Positions 10,311 through 18,605 of a stretch of 59,968 bases of DNA are shown one piece after another. Source of the stretch: an uncultured Planctomycetales bacterium (lineage in GTDB: Bacteria; Omnitrophota; Gorgyraeia; Zapsychrales; GWA2-47-8); NCBI GenBank assembly GCA_964364715.1, contig CAYING010000004.1, forward strand, positions 4,376-64,343, given 5' to 3'. The notes beneath the pieces are model-generated. The model searched no databases, had not been told where the DNA came from, and worked only from the letters and a program-made list of their open reading frames with translations. A program made the translations under genes and the position numbers. Each line of letters opens with the position of its first letter. Within the stretch, counting starts at the first letter, position 1.

Positions 10311-11381
10311 ATTTTTTCCTATCAGAAAATCTTGATCATCAATCCATTCGGCATCGGCGATGTGCTGTTTACGACACCGCTGATCAGCGCGATCAGGTCG
10401 CATATTCCGTCGGGGAAAATCGGTTACCTGGCCAATGCCCGTACCGCGCCGGTCCTAAGAGCGAATCCCAAAATCGATAAGGTTTTTGTTTATGAACGGG
10501 ATGAATTTAACGCTGTTTATCGGCGTTCTAAAACTGAGTTTTGGCAGAGATCGCGCGACTTGCTGGGCGAGATCAAAAGGGAAGGGTTTGAATTGGTGAT
10601 TGATCTCTCTTTAAACGGCAACGCGTCCTTTTTAATGGCCTTGATCGGGATCCCGCACCGCATCGGATTCAATTACAAGAACCGCAGCCCGTTTTTAACG
10701 CAAAAGATCCCGCTGACGGGATATGAAGGCAAGCATGTCGTGGAATATTATTTGGGATTGCTGAAAGAATTGGGGATCAATGCGCGCAGCCGCAAAATGG
10801 AGATCAATGTCAGCGCTGAAGATAAATATTGGGCGGAAGAGATTTGGAAAAAACATAACCTGTCTTCTTCGCAAACCGTGATCGGGCTTGTTCCCGGCGG
10901 CGGAGGAAGCTGGGGAAAGGACGCATCGTACAAGCGCTGGCCGGCTGAAAGTTATGCAAAATTAGCTGACAAAATCGTTGAAATGTCAAAGGCGGCCATT
11001 ATACTAATGGGGAATCAGAAAGAGCGGGATCTGTGTCATAAGGTGGCGCAGATGATGCATCATCCCAGTGTACAGCTCGCCGGAGAAACCACCGTGACCC
11101 AGATGGCGGCTCTTTCCAAAGAATGTAAGTGTGTGGTCGTGAACGACGGCGGGCCCTTGCACGTGGCAGTGGCTGCGGGTGCAAGGACCGTTTCTATTTT
11201 TGGGCCGGTCGATGATGTTGTCTACGGACCTTATCCAAGAGAAAATCATATTGTCGTCAAGGCGAATTTAGCCTGCCGGCCGTGTTACCGCCGTTTCCGC
11301 CGGGCTGAATGCGCCCATGTCAGTTGTTTGAATAGTTTGACCGTAGAAGATGTATTTGAAAAGATGAAAGGGATTTTATGA
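10308..11381 (+). CDS. GT9 glycosyltransferase (heptosyltransferase WaaF-like)
   Basis: GIGDVLFTTP, KRWP, NDGGPLHVAVA, IFGP and a C-terminal CRPC...C...C motif. ATG at 10308 is preferred over TTG at 10284. Confidence 0.88.
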   Translation: MIFSYQKILIINPFGIGDVLFTTPLISAIRSHIPSGKIGYLANARTAPVLRANPKIDKVFVYERDEFNAVYRRSKTEFWQRSRDLLGEIKREGFELVIDLSLNGNASFLMALIGIPHRIGFNYKNRSPFLTQKIPLTGYEGKHVVEYYLGLLKELGINARSRKMEINVSAEDKYWAEEIWKKHNLSSSQTVIGLVPGGGGSWGKDASYKRWPAESYAKLADKIVEMSKAAIILMGNQKERDLCHKVAQMMHHPSVQLAGETTVTQMAALSKECKCVVVNDGGPLHVAVAAGARTVSIFGPVDDVVYGPYPRENHIVVKANLACRPCYRRFRRAECAHVSCLNSLTVEDVFEKMKGIL

Positions 11382-12478
11382 ACGTACAGTTTATCGATTT
11401 CAGCGAGCAGTACAAGATCATCAAAGATGAAATTGACACAGGGTTAAAACGCGTCTTTGAAAAAGGAAATTTCATCCTCGGCCAGGAAGCCAAGGATTTT
11501 GAGTCTGAATTCGCCCGCTACTGCGGCGTCAAATACGGCGTCGGCGTCAATTCCGGGACCGATGCTTTGTATTTGGCGGTGGCCGCGTTCGGCATCGAAG
11601 AAGGAGATGAGGTCATCGTTCCCACGTTCACATTTATCGCGACCGCGTTATGTATTTCGTATACCGGAGCCAAAGTGGTCTTCGCCGATATTGAGGAAGA
11701 CACCTACAATATCGATCCCCAAAAGCTTGAGAAATTAATTAACAAAAAAACCAAAGCGATCATCCCGGTCCATATTTACGGCCAGCCGGCGGATATGGAT
11801 GAGATCAATGCCATTGCCAAAAAACACAAACTGAAAGTCATTGAAGACGCGGCTCAGGCGCACGGAGCGACCTACCAGGGAAAGAAAGTCGGTTCGCTCG
11901 GCGACGCGGCGTGTTTCAGTTTTTATCCGACGAAAAGTTTGGGCGCTTTCGGCGACGCCGGGATGATCGTGACGAGCGATCCGAAAATTAATGAAGGCGC
12001 TTTGATGCTCCGTGATTACGGCCGGCAAGGGCGTTATGAGCATAAGATCAAAGGGTATAACTCCCGTCTGGATACGGTGCAGGCAGTGGTTTTGTCCGCT
12101 AAGTTGAAACGCCTGGATCAATGGAACAAGATGCGCAATGATAACGCGCTCTATTACAATAAAATCCTTGCCGGCGTTAAAGGCATTAAAACTCCGACGA
12201 TCAAATCCGGCCGCACGCATGTTTTTCAAACCTTTGCCATCCGAGTCAAGAACCGCGGCAAGGTTTTAGAAGGGTTAAAGGCAAAGAAGATCGATGCCCT
12301 GATCCATTACCCGATCCCGCTGCACCTTCAGGAAGCTTATAAAGAATTGAAATACAAATCCGGCGATTTCCCGGTCGCCGAGGCTGTGGCAAAGGATATT
12401 TTATCATTACCGATGTTCCCGCATATGACCAAAGAGCAGATCGAATACGTCTGTCAATCGGTGAAAGAGTTGCTTTAA
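11378..12478 (+). CDS. DegT/DnrJ/EryC1/StrS sugar aminotransferase
   Basis: NSGTDAL, IEDAAQAHGA, FSFYPTKSLGAFGDAG (Lys intact), NSRLD and LSLPMFP. Confidence 0.92.
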   Translation: MNVQFIDFSEQYKIIKDEIDTGLKRVFEKGNFILGQEAKDFESEFARYCGVKYGVGVNSGTDALYLAVAAFGIEEGDEVIVPTFTFIATALCISYTGAKVVFADIEEDTYNIDPQKLEKLINKKTKAIIPVHIYGQPADMDEINAIAKKHKLKVIEDAAQAHGATYQGKKVGSLGDAACFSFYPTKSLGAFGDAGMIVTSDPKINEGALMLRDYGRQGRYEHKIKGYNSRLDTVQAVVLSAKLKRLDQWNKMRNDNALYYNKILAGVKGIKTPTIKSGRTHVFQTFAIRVKNRGKVLEGLKAKKIDALIHYPIPLHLQEAYKELKYKSGDFPVAEAVAKDILSLPMFPHMTKEQIEYVCQSVKELL

Positions 12479-12479
12479 A

Positions 12480-13256
12480 ATGAGGCCGCCCATTTCCGTT
12501 GTTGTGATCACCAAGAACGAAGAGTTTAATATCGAGCCGTGTTTGCAAAGTGTCCACGGCTGGGCGGAAGAGATCCTTGTTGTGGACGATGAAAGCACGG
12601 ATCGCACGGTGGAGCTGGCGTCAAAATATGCCGCGCGTGTTTTGCGTCGTAAAATGGACAACGAGGGCCGGCATCGCAACTGGGCCTACGCCCAGGCCAA
12701 GTATGATTGGGTCCTCAGTTTGGATGCGGATGAACGCGCCACACCGGAGTTAAGGGATGAGATCGACGCGGTTTTATCCAAGACCCCGGAGTTTCCAGCG
12801 TACACGATCCCCCGCCGGAATTTTATCGGCGATTACTGGATCCGTCACGGCGGGCAATATCCGGCGGCGCAGCTGCGTTTGTTCTTGAAGAATAAATTTA
12901 AATATGAAGAGGTCGGCGTGCATCCGCGCGCATTCCTGGAAGGGAAGACCGGGCCGTTGACCAAAGATATTATCCATAAAAGTTACCGGAATTTTCCGCA
13001 TTTCCTCGCAAAAATGAACGGACAAACAACGCTCGAAGCTCAGAAATGGATCGAAACAAACCGGGAAATGTCGTTCGGCCGCGCGCTGTGGCGGACGCTG
13101 GACCGATTCCCTAGGACATATTTTCGTAAGCAAGGCCATAAGGACGGGTTCATCGGGTTCATGATGGCGTTTTTCGCTTCACTCTATCAGATCATCAGCT
13201 ATGCGAAGTATTGGGAAATGAAAGAGGCGATTAAAAAAAATGGGGCTCAAAAGTAA
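12480..13256 (+). CDS. GT2 glycosyltransferase (WaaE/KdtX-like)
   Basis: ISVVVITKNEE, VVDDESTDRT, WVLSLDADE, VH and C-terminal DGFIGF...KYWE. Confidence 0.88.
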   Translation: MRPPISVVVITKNEEFNIEPCLQSVHGWAEEILVVDDESTDRTVELASKYAARVLRRKMDNEGRHRNWAYAQAKYDWVLSLDADERATPELRDEIDAVLSKTPEFPAYTIPRRNFIGDYWIRHGGQYPAAQLRLFLKNKFKYEEVGVHPRAFLEGKTGPLTKDIIHKSYRNFPHFLAKMNGQTTLEAQKWIETNREMSFGRALWRTLDRFPRTYFRKQGHKDGFIGFMMAFFASLYQIISYAKYWEMKEAIKKNGAQK

Positions 13257-13866
13257 AAGAAATCCGCTTAAAGTCGTTTTCCTCGACCGTGACGGGGTCA
13301 TTAATGAATTCCCCGGCAACGGCAATTATGTCACCCGAGTTAAGAATTTTCATTTTATCCCGGGGTCGCTGGATGCTATCCGCCGTCTGACGGAAGCCGG
13401 GTTCACGATCTTTGTGGTTTCCAACCAGGCCGGCGTCGGCAAGGGGATCTACTCTCTTGATAAATTGAACCGCATCACTAAGAATATGATGGCCGCCGTC
13501 AAGAAAGCGGGCGGCAGGATCAAAAAAGTTTTTTACTGCATCCACCGCACGGAGCATGACTGTGATTGCCGTAAACCGGAGATCGGTTCGATCCTGCGGG
13601 CGATGAAAGCGATCAACACATCAATGCATCATATCGAGCATGCTTTCTTTGTCGGTGATACCAAGGTCGATATTCAAACCGGGCATAAAGCCGGTTGTAA
13701 AACTATTTTTGTTCTTTCCGGCCGGGATCAGTGCAGGGATATTAGGAAATGGCCGGTAAAACCGGATTATATTGTCAAGAATCTTCAGGCAGCGGCCCAA
13801 ATCATCGATCATGAAAATTCTCATCATCCACGCCTCGGCGGGCGCCGGGCATCAAAAAGCCGCTGA
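13240..13866 (+). CDS. gmhB: D,D-heptose 1,7-bisphosphate phosphatase (HAD IIIA)
   Basis: FLDRDGVIN, SNQAGV, CxH...CDCRKP and FVGD...D motifs. Confidence 0.88.
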   Translation: MGLKSKRNPLKVVFLDRDGVINEFPGNGNYVTRVKNFHFIPGSLDAIRRLTEAGFTIFVVSNQAGVGKGIYSLDKLNRITKNMMAAVKKAGGRIKKVFYCIHRTEHDCDCRKPEIGSILRAMKAINTSMHHIEHAFFVGDTKVDIQTGHKAGCKTIFVLSGRDQCRDIRKWPVKPDYIVKNLQAAAQIIDHENSHHPRLGGRRASKSR

Positions 13867-14896
13867 GGCCATCGCCAACGGCATTAAGACGTCAACCTCG
13901 TATGACGTGACGCTTGTCGACGCGCTCGACTATACCAGCCAAGCTTACAAATATCTTTACCGTCAAACATATACATTCCTGATCTCGAATTTTCCGCAGG
14001 TTTGGGGGATTTTCTTTGGATTGGCGGATGTCCCGTTGCTGCTGCCGCTGGTTAAATTCATCCGACGGACCCAGAACGGCCTGAACGGACAGCCGCTTAA
14101 TCGGTTTCTCCAGCAGGAACAGTTTGATTATATTATTTCCACACATTTCTTCCCGACGGAAGTCTCGGCCTATTTGAAAAGAACCGGCCGGATCCGTTCC
14201 AAGATCATTACGGTTGTTACGGATTTTGATGTGCACTCGATCTGGCTGGCGGACGGGGTGGACAAGTATACCGCGGCAAGTGAGTGGACGAAAAACAAAC
14301 TGCACCAGATCGGGATCAACGAAGACAAAGTTTTTGTGACCGGCATTCCAACGCACGAGAAGTTTTCGATCAAGCGCGATAAGAATGAGACCCGCCGGAA
14401 ATTGGGGCTCAAGGAGAATGTTTTTACCGTTCTGGTGGCCACGGGGTCCTTCGGCATCGGGCCGATCGAAGAGATCATCCGCGCCATCGATGGCATTCAG
14501 GCGGCGGTTGTGTGCGGGCATAATAAAGAATTATTTGAAAGGCTGGGTAAAATCGAAAGATTTTATCTGAAAATTTTCGGGTTGGTCAATAATATGGAAG
14601 AATTGATGGCAGCCAGTGATGCGATGGTGACCAAGCCCGGCGGATTGTCCATCTGCGAAGCCTTGGTCAGTCATCTGCCGATGATTTTTTTTAACGCGAT
14701 CCCGGGCCAGGAAACAGGGAACGTCAGCGTCCTCAAGGAACACGGCATCGGCATCAGCAATTGCAGTATCTTAGAGATCGCTCAGCAATTAAAGGCCTTT
14801 CAATCCTCTCCCGCCGAATTTCAAAAAGCCGTCGACCGGACAAAAATTCTGGCCAAACCCAACGCGGTTCAAGATATAATAAAATTGATAATATAG
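13811..14896 (+). CDS. MGDG synthase / UgtP-like GT28 glycosyltransferase
   Basis: HASAGAGHQKAA, STHF, VVTDF, TGIP, TKPGGLS and IPGQETGN. The ATG at 13811 gives the canonical N-terminus. Confidence 0.85.
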   Translation: MKILIIHASAGAGHQKAAEAIANGIKTSTSYDVTLVDALDYTSQAYKYLYRQTYTFLISNFPQVWGIFFGLADVPLLLPLVKFIRRTQNGLNGQPLNRFLQQEQFDYIISTHFFPTEVSAYLKRTGRIRSKIITVVTDFDVHSIWLADGVDKYTAASEWTKNKLHQIGINEDKVFVTGIPTHEKFSIKRDKNETRRKLGLKENVFTVLVATGSFGIGPIEEIIRAIDGIQAAVVCGHNKELFERLGKIERFYLKIFGLVNNMEELMAASDAMVTKPGGLSICEALVSHLPMIFFNAIPGQETGNVSVLKEHGIGISNCSILEIAQQLKAFQSSPAEFQKAVDRTKILAKPNAVQDIIKLII

Positions 14897-14898
14897 GC

Positions 14899-15027
14899 AA
14901 TTCTAAATCCTAATTTCTAAATTCTAAACAAGACCAAAATCCCAATGACCTAAACTCAAAACATTTGGAACATTTGGTTCTGGGAATTTGGATTTGTTTA
15001 GGATTTAGTGTTTAGAGTTTAGGATTA
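14899..15027. repeat. Mirrored degenerate 7-mer repeat (TTCTAAA-like units, then TTTAGGA-like inverted units)
   Basis: TTCTAAA TCCTAAT TTCTAAA TTCTAAA ... TTTAGGA TTTAGTG TTTAGAG TTTAGGA. Can fold into one long imperfect hairpin. Confidence 0.85.
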
Positions 15028-15032
15028 AATTT

Positions 15033-16877
15033 ATGTTGAACAAAGTTGCCCATATCGCCATTGCCTTACCTGTGCAAGGCCACTTCGATTACGCTGTCCC
15101 GGAATCCCTGCAAGACAAGATTCAGCCCGGCCAGCGCGTGGTTGTTCCTTTCCGGCGCGGGAAGAAAACCGGCTTTGTCGTCGGATTAGCGGCCTCAAGT
15201 ACTTTTAAGACCCTCAAGCCGATCATCAAAATCCTCGACATCAGCCCGTCGTTTTCGAGAGAATTCCTGGAATTGGGAAAAAGATTTGCCGGATATTACG
15301 GCTGTTCCATCGGTGAGGCGCTGGACACGATGCTGCCGGATTCGCTGCGGACTTCCCGGATGATGGCGGTGGAATTTGCCGATGCTGAAATCCCGGCGCA
15401 CCCACAAGCCGAGACACTTTTACTGCACGATCCTACATTTGCCGAACGCTGGGAAGTGATTGGCGAACAAATCGAAAATGTGCTTAGCGAGGGGAAAGGT
15501 GTAATCGTATTAACCCCGGAAGTATTCCAGGCCCAGCCGATCAGGGAGAGGCTGCAAAAAAGATTCAATGTCCCGGTTGTCGTTTTGGATAAGCAGTTGA
15601 AAGCCAAAGACGAAATGCGGGATTGGATTTTCTTGAGGCAGAACAAAGCTTCTCTGGCCGTCGGCACACGCTCCGCTGTTTTTGCGCCGGTAGTGAACTT
15701 GGGATTGATCGTTGTTCTGGACGAAGAGAACAGCGCTTACAAACAGGAGCAGTCACCGTCTTATCAGGCGGGTGATATTGCAAAATTGCGGGCCGAGGTC
15801 TGCGGCGCAAAATTGATCCTGGTGAGCGCTTCCCCTCGAGCGGAAATTTGGCAGGCGGCATTGGAAGGAAAAGCGCGTAAGATCTCACTGCCGGCTCAAC
15901 CGCACTCGCAGACGCAGATCGTTGATTTGAATAATTATAATCCGCAAAAGACTTCCATTTTTTCTTTTCCGCTGCGGAACATGATGGATAAAATTCTGGC
16001 GGACCGCGGGAGGGCTGTTTTGATCCTGAACCGCCGGGGGTTCAGTTCCATGACCCGCTGCAATCAATGCGGCCATTCGTTGAAATGCGGGCATTGCAAT
16101 ATCCCGCTGACATATCTTTTCTCAAAGAAGCAAATGGTCTGCCGGCGCTGTAATTTTGCAACGGACATTCCGAAGGTTTGTCCGTCCTGCAAAAGCTCTT
16201 ATCTGCGGTCGGTCGGGACCGGGATCGAAAAACTCGAGAGCGATCTGGCGCGCATTTATCCCGCGTCCAGGATCAGCCGGTTTGACCGTGACAGCGCGCG
16301 GTATCCGGCGGATGCGGACATTGTCGTCGCGACACAGGCAGCTTTCCGGTATTTGGAAAATTCTCCGCCGGATCTGATCGCTCTTCTGCAGTTCGATGAT
16401 GAATTGAACCGGGTTGATTTCCGCTCGGCGCAAAAAGCTTTTTCGATATTAATATTTTTACGGCACGCGGCTAAAAAGAAGCTCGTGGTGCAGACTTATC
16501 AGCCGAACAGTTATATTATTCAGAACGCGATTAAATTGGATTTTGATTCGTTTTACAGGGAAGAGTTGAAATTTCGCGAGGAACTTCAACTGCCGCCGTT
16601 CACGCATTTTGTGGCGATCGGCCTGCGCGGCGTCAAAGAAGAGGATGTCCTTAAGCAGGCGAATGATTTGTATGAGGCGTTGGCGCAGCAGCAGCTAAAG
16701 AGCGTTGAGGTCAGCGAGCCGCAGCCCAGCGCCGTCGCCAAACTGCGGGATAAATTTCGTTTTACGATCATGTTGAAAGCCGCCTCGCAGGCTGATATTC
16801 TATCTTTAGCCAAAGCTGTTTTAAGTGATTTTAAGCGTAAAAAAGATGTTGTGATAACGGTGCAGGTGAACCCATGA
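15033..16877 (+). CDS. priA: Primosomal protein N' (PriA) with degenerate helicase motifs
   Basis: FDYAVP...GQRVVVPF 3'-binding domain, VGTRSAVFAP, YKQ, LNRRGF, four CxxC pairs and C-terminal LPPF...VNP. Upstream of fmt. Confidence 0.9.
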   Translation: MLNKVAHIAIALPVQGHFDYAVPESLQDKIQPGQRVVVPFRRGKKTGFVVGLAASSTFKTLKPIIKILDISPSFSREFLELGKRFAGYYGCSIGEALDTMLPDSLRTSRMMAVEFADAEIPAHPQAETLLLHDPTFAERWEVIGEQIENVLSEGKGVIVLTPEVFQAQPIRERLQKRFNVPVVVLDKQLKAKDEMRDWIFLRQNKASLAVGTRSAVFAPVVNLGLIVVLDEENSAYKQEQSPSYQAGDIAKLRAEVCGAKLILVSASPRAEIWQAALEGKARKISLPAQPHSQTQIVDLNNYNPQKTSIFSFPLRNMMDKILADRGRAVLILNRRGFSSMTRCNQCGHSLKCGHCNIPLTYLFSKKQMVCRRCNFATDIPKVCPSCKSSYLRSVGTGIEKLESDLARIYPASRISRFDRDSARYPADADIVVATQAAFRYLENSPPDLIALLQFDDELNRVDFRSAQKAFSILIFLRHAAKKKLVVQTYQPNSYIIQNAIKLDFDSFYREELKFREELQLPPFTHFVAIGLRGVKEEDVLKQANDLYEALAQQQLKSVEVSEPQPSAVAKLRDKFRFTIMLKAASQADILSLAKAVLSDFKRKKDVVITVQVNP

Positions 16878-17812
16878 ACATAATTTTTTTCGGAAGCGAT
16901 GATTTTGCGCTGGTCAGTTTGGAGCGGTTATTCCGTTCTAACAATAAGGTTTTGGCGTGCGTGACCCAGCCGGATAAACCCAAAGGCCGGGGGATGAAGC
17001 TTCAGCCGTCGGTCATCAAGGAATTTGCCGTTAGAAGCAAGATCCCTGTTCTGCAGCCGGATTTCCTGCGTTACGACGATGTCATTGAGCAATTAAAAGC
17101 TTTTCAAGCGGATCTTTTTATTGTGATCGCTTACGGAAAGATCCTTCCGCCGGAGATCCTTTTACTTCCCAATATATTCTGCGTTAATGTCCACGGCTCG
17201 CTTCTTCCAAAATACCGCGGCGCGGCGCCGATCAATTGGGCTATCATAAACGGCGATAAAAAGACCGGCGTGACCGTAATGAAATTGAACGAGATGATGG
17301 ACGCCGGTGAGATCATCAGCCAGCAGGAGATAGACATTGCGGAGGAAGATACTGCAATTTCTTTAAGAATGAAAATGGCGCAGATCGGGGCTGAACTGTT
17401 GGCGGAAACGATCGCGACGATCGAGAACAAAACATTTAAACTGACCAAACAGGATTTTTCCATGGTCACCAACGCGTCCAAACTCACAAAGGAGTTGGGT
17501 ATTATCAGGTGGACTGAGAAAGCGCAAACCATCCATGATCTGGCGCGCGGGCTTTTGCCGTGGCCAGGGGCGTTTACATTTTATAAAGGGAAGCGTTTGA
17601 AGGTTTTGGAAACCCGTATTAAAGATGATAAACTGCCTTCCGCAGCAATGAGCGGATGCATTTTAGAGATCGGTAAGAATGGTTTTGTTGTCGCGGCCTC
17701 CGATAAGCCGATCCTGGTCACTCAAGTGCATTACGAAGACGGTAAACCGATGAACGCGTATAGTTTTGCCCAGGGGCATCGGCTTGTTCCGGGGCATTGT
17801 TTCGAAAGTTGA
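16874..17812 (+). CDS. fmt: Methionyl-tRNA formyltransferase
   Basis: TQPDKPKGRG, AYGKIL, NVHGSLLPKYRGAAPI, MDAG and PWPGAF. Confidence 0.95.
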   Translation: MNIIFFGSDDFALVSLERLFRSNNKVLACVTQPDKPKGRGMKLQPSVIKEFAVRSKIPVLQPDFLRYDDVIEQLKAFQADLFIVIAYGKILPPEILLLPNIFCVNVHGSLLPKYRGAAPINWAIINGDKKTGVTVMKLNEMMDAGEIISQQEIDIAEEDTAISLRMKMAQIGAELLAETIATIENKTFKLTKQDFSMVTNASKLTKELGIIRWTEKAQTIHDLARGLLPWPGAFTFYKGKRLKVLETRIKDDKLPSAAMSGCILEIGKNGFVVAASDKPILVTQVHYEDGKPMNAYSFAQGHRLVPGHCFES

Positions 17813-17821
17813 GGGTGCAGT

Positions 17822-17938
17822 ATGCAGACAATTATCGTAATGGTCATTATAGGATTAAGCGTTGTTTATTTGGTCAGATATTGTCTTCGATCTCCGCGAG
17901 GGAAGAAACATAACTGTTCAGGCTGCGGGAAGGAATAG
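17822..17938 (+). CDS. FeoB-associated Cys-rich small membrane protein (38 aa; not in the ORF track)
   Basis: Translates as MQTIIVMVIIGLSVVYLVRYCLRSPRGKKHNCSGCGKE*: one TM helix plus a basic CxxC tail. RBS GAGGG, directly before feoA. Confidence 0.75.
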   Translation: MQTIIVMVIIGLSVVYLVRYCLRSPRGKKHNCSGCGKE

Positions 17939-17940
17939 AT

Positions 17941-18495
17941 ATGACAACCGAATCCACAGCCTGGTGGAAAAGATTATTCAATATTAAAGAGCATAAATGC
18001 GCCTGCCAGTCGGAGATTAAATCTTTGAGTCAGGCAGATACCGGCCAGCACGTTCGCATCGAATGCCTGCGCGGAGAAGAAGGCGTTTGCCAAAGGTTAC
18101 GCGAGATGGGTTTTTGCGAATCTTCGGTCGTTGAGAAGATCGCCGATACCGGAGCCCTCATCTGCAAAGTGTGTGACGCCAAAGTGGTCATCAGCAAGGA
18201 TCTTGGAAAAAATATTATTGTGAAAGAAGTGTGTGAATGCAAGGGGCATACTATGGAGGGTAAAAATTTTCTTTTAAGCCAGATGCCGATCGGGCAGCCG
18301 GGGATCATCAAGGGTTTTACTATTGAGAGCGATGACTGCGAACGCATCGCAGAGATGGGCCTGACCCCCGGCGAAAGGGTCGAGGTCATTCGCTACGCGC
18401 CGCTGGGGGACCCGGTCGAGATTAAGATCCGCGGTTATTGCCTTTCGTTGCGTAAAGAAGAAGCGGACATGATCATGGTCACTCTTGCTTCCTAA
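17941..18495 (+). CDS. feoA: Ferrous iron transport protein A with two tandem FeoA domains
   Basis: RLREMGF in the first SH3-like domain and RIAEMGLTPG...APLGDPVEIKIRGYCLSLRKEEA in the second. Confidence 0.9.
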   Translation: MTTESTAWWKRLFNIKEHKCACQSEIKSLSQADTGQHVRIECLRGEEGVCQRLREMGFCESSVVEKIADTGALICKVCDAKVVISKDLGKNIIVKEVCECKGHTMEGKNFLLSQMPIGQPGIIKGFTIESDDCERIAEMGLTPGERVEVIRYAPLGDPVEIKIRGYCLSLRKEEADMIMVTLAS

Positions 18496-18509
18496 GATAA
18501 GGAAATTTA

Positions 18510-18605
18510 TGTACTTGCTTTCTCTAGTGTTTTATTTAGAGGTAGCAAGTACTTATCCCGATTTCATCTAATTGAAATCGGGCAATATAGAGGAAAATCG
18601 GGATG
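18510..18605 (+). repeat. ~95-nt double-hairpin element, copy B, ending in the RBS and ATG of feoB
   Basis: GTACTTGCT..AGCAAGTAC and CCCGATTTCA..TGAAATCGGG hairpins, then AATATAGAGGAAAATCGGGATG. Confidence 0.75.

Noticed and set aside
13811-13866. 56-bp overlap of gmhB with the next gene as a frameshift or pseudogene
   Set aside because: Both proteins have complete domains. The overlap is only a short non-conserved C-terminal tail.
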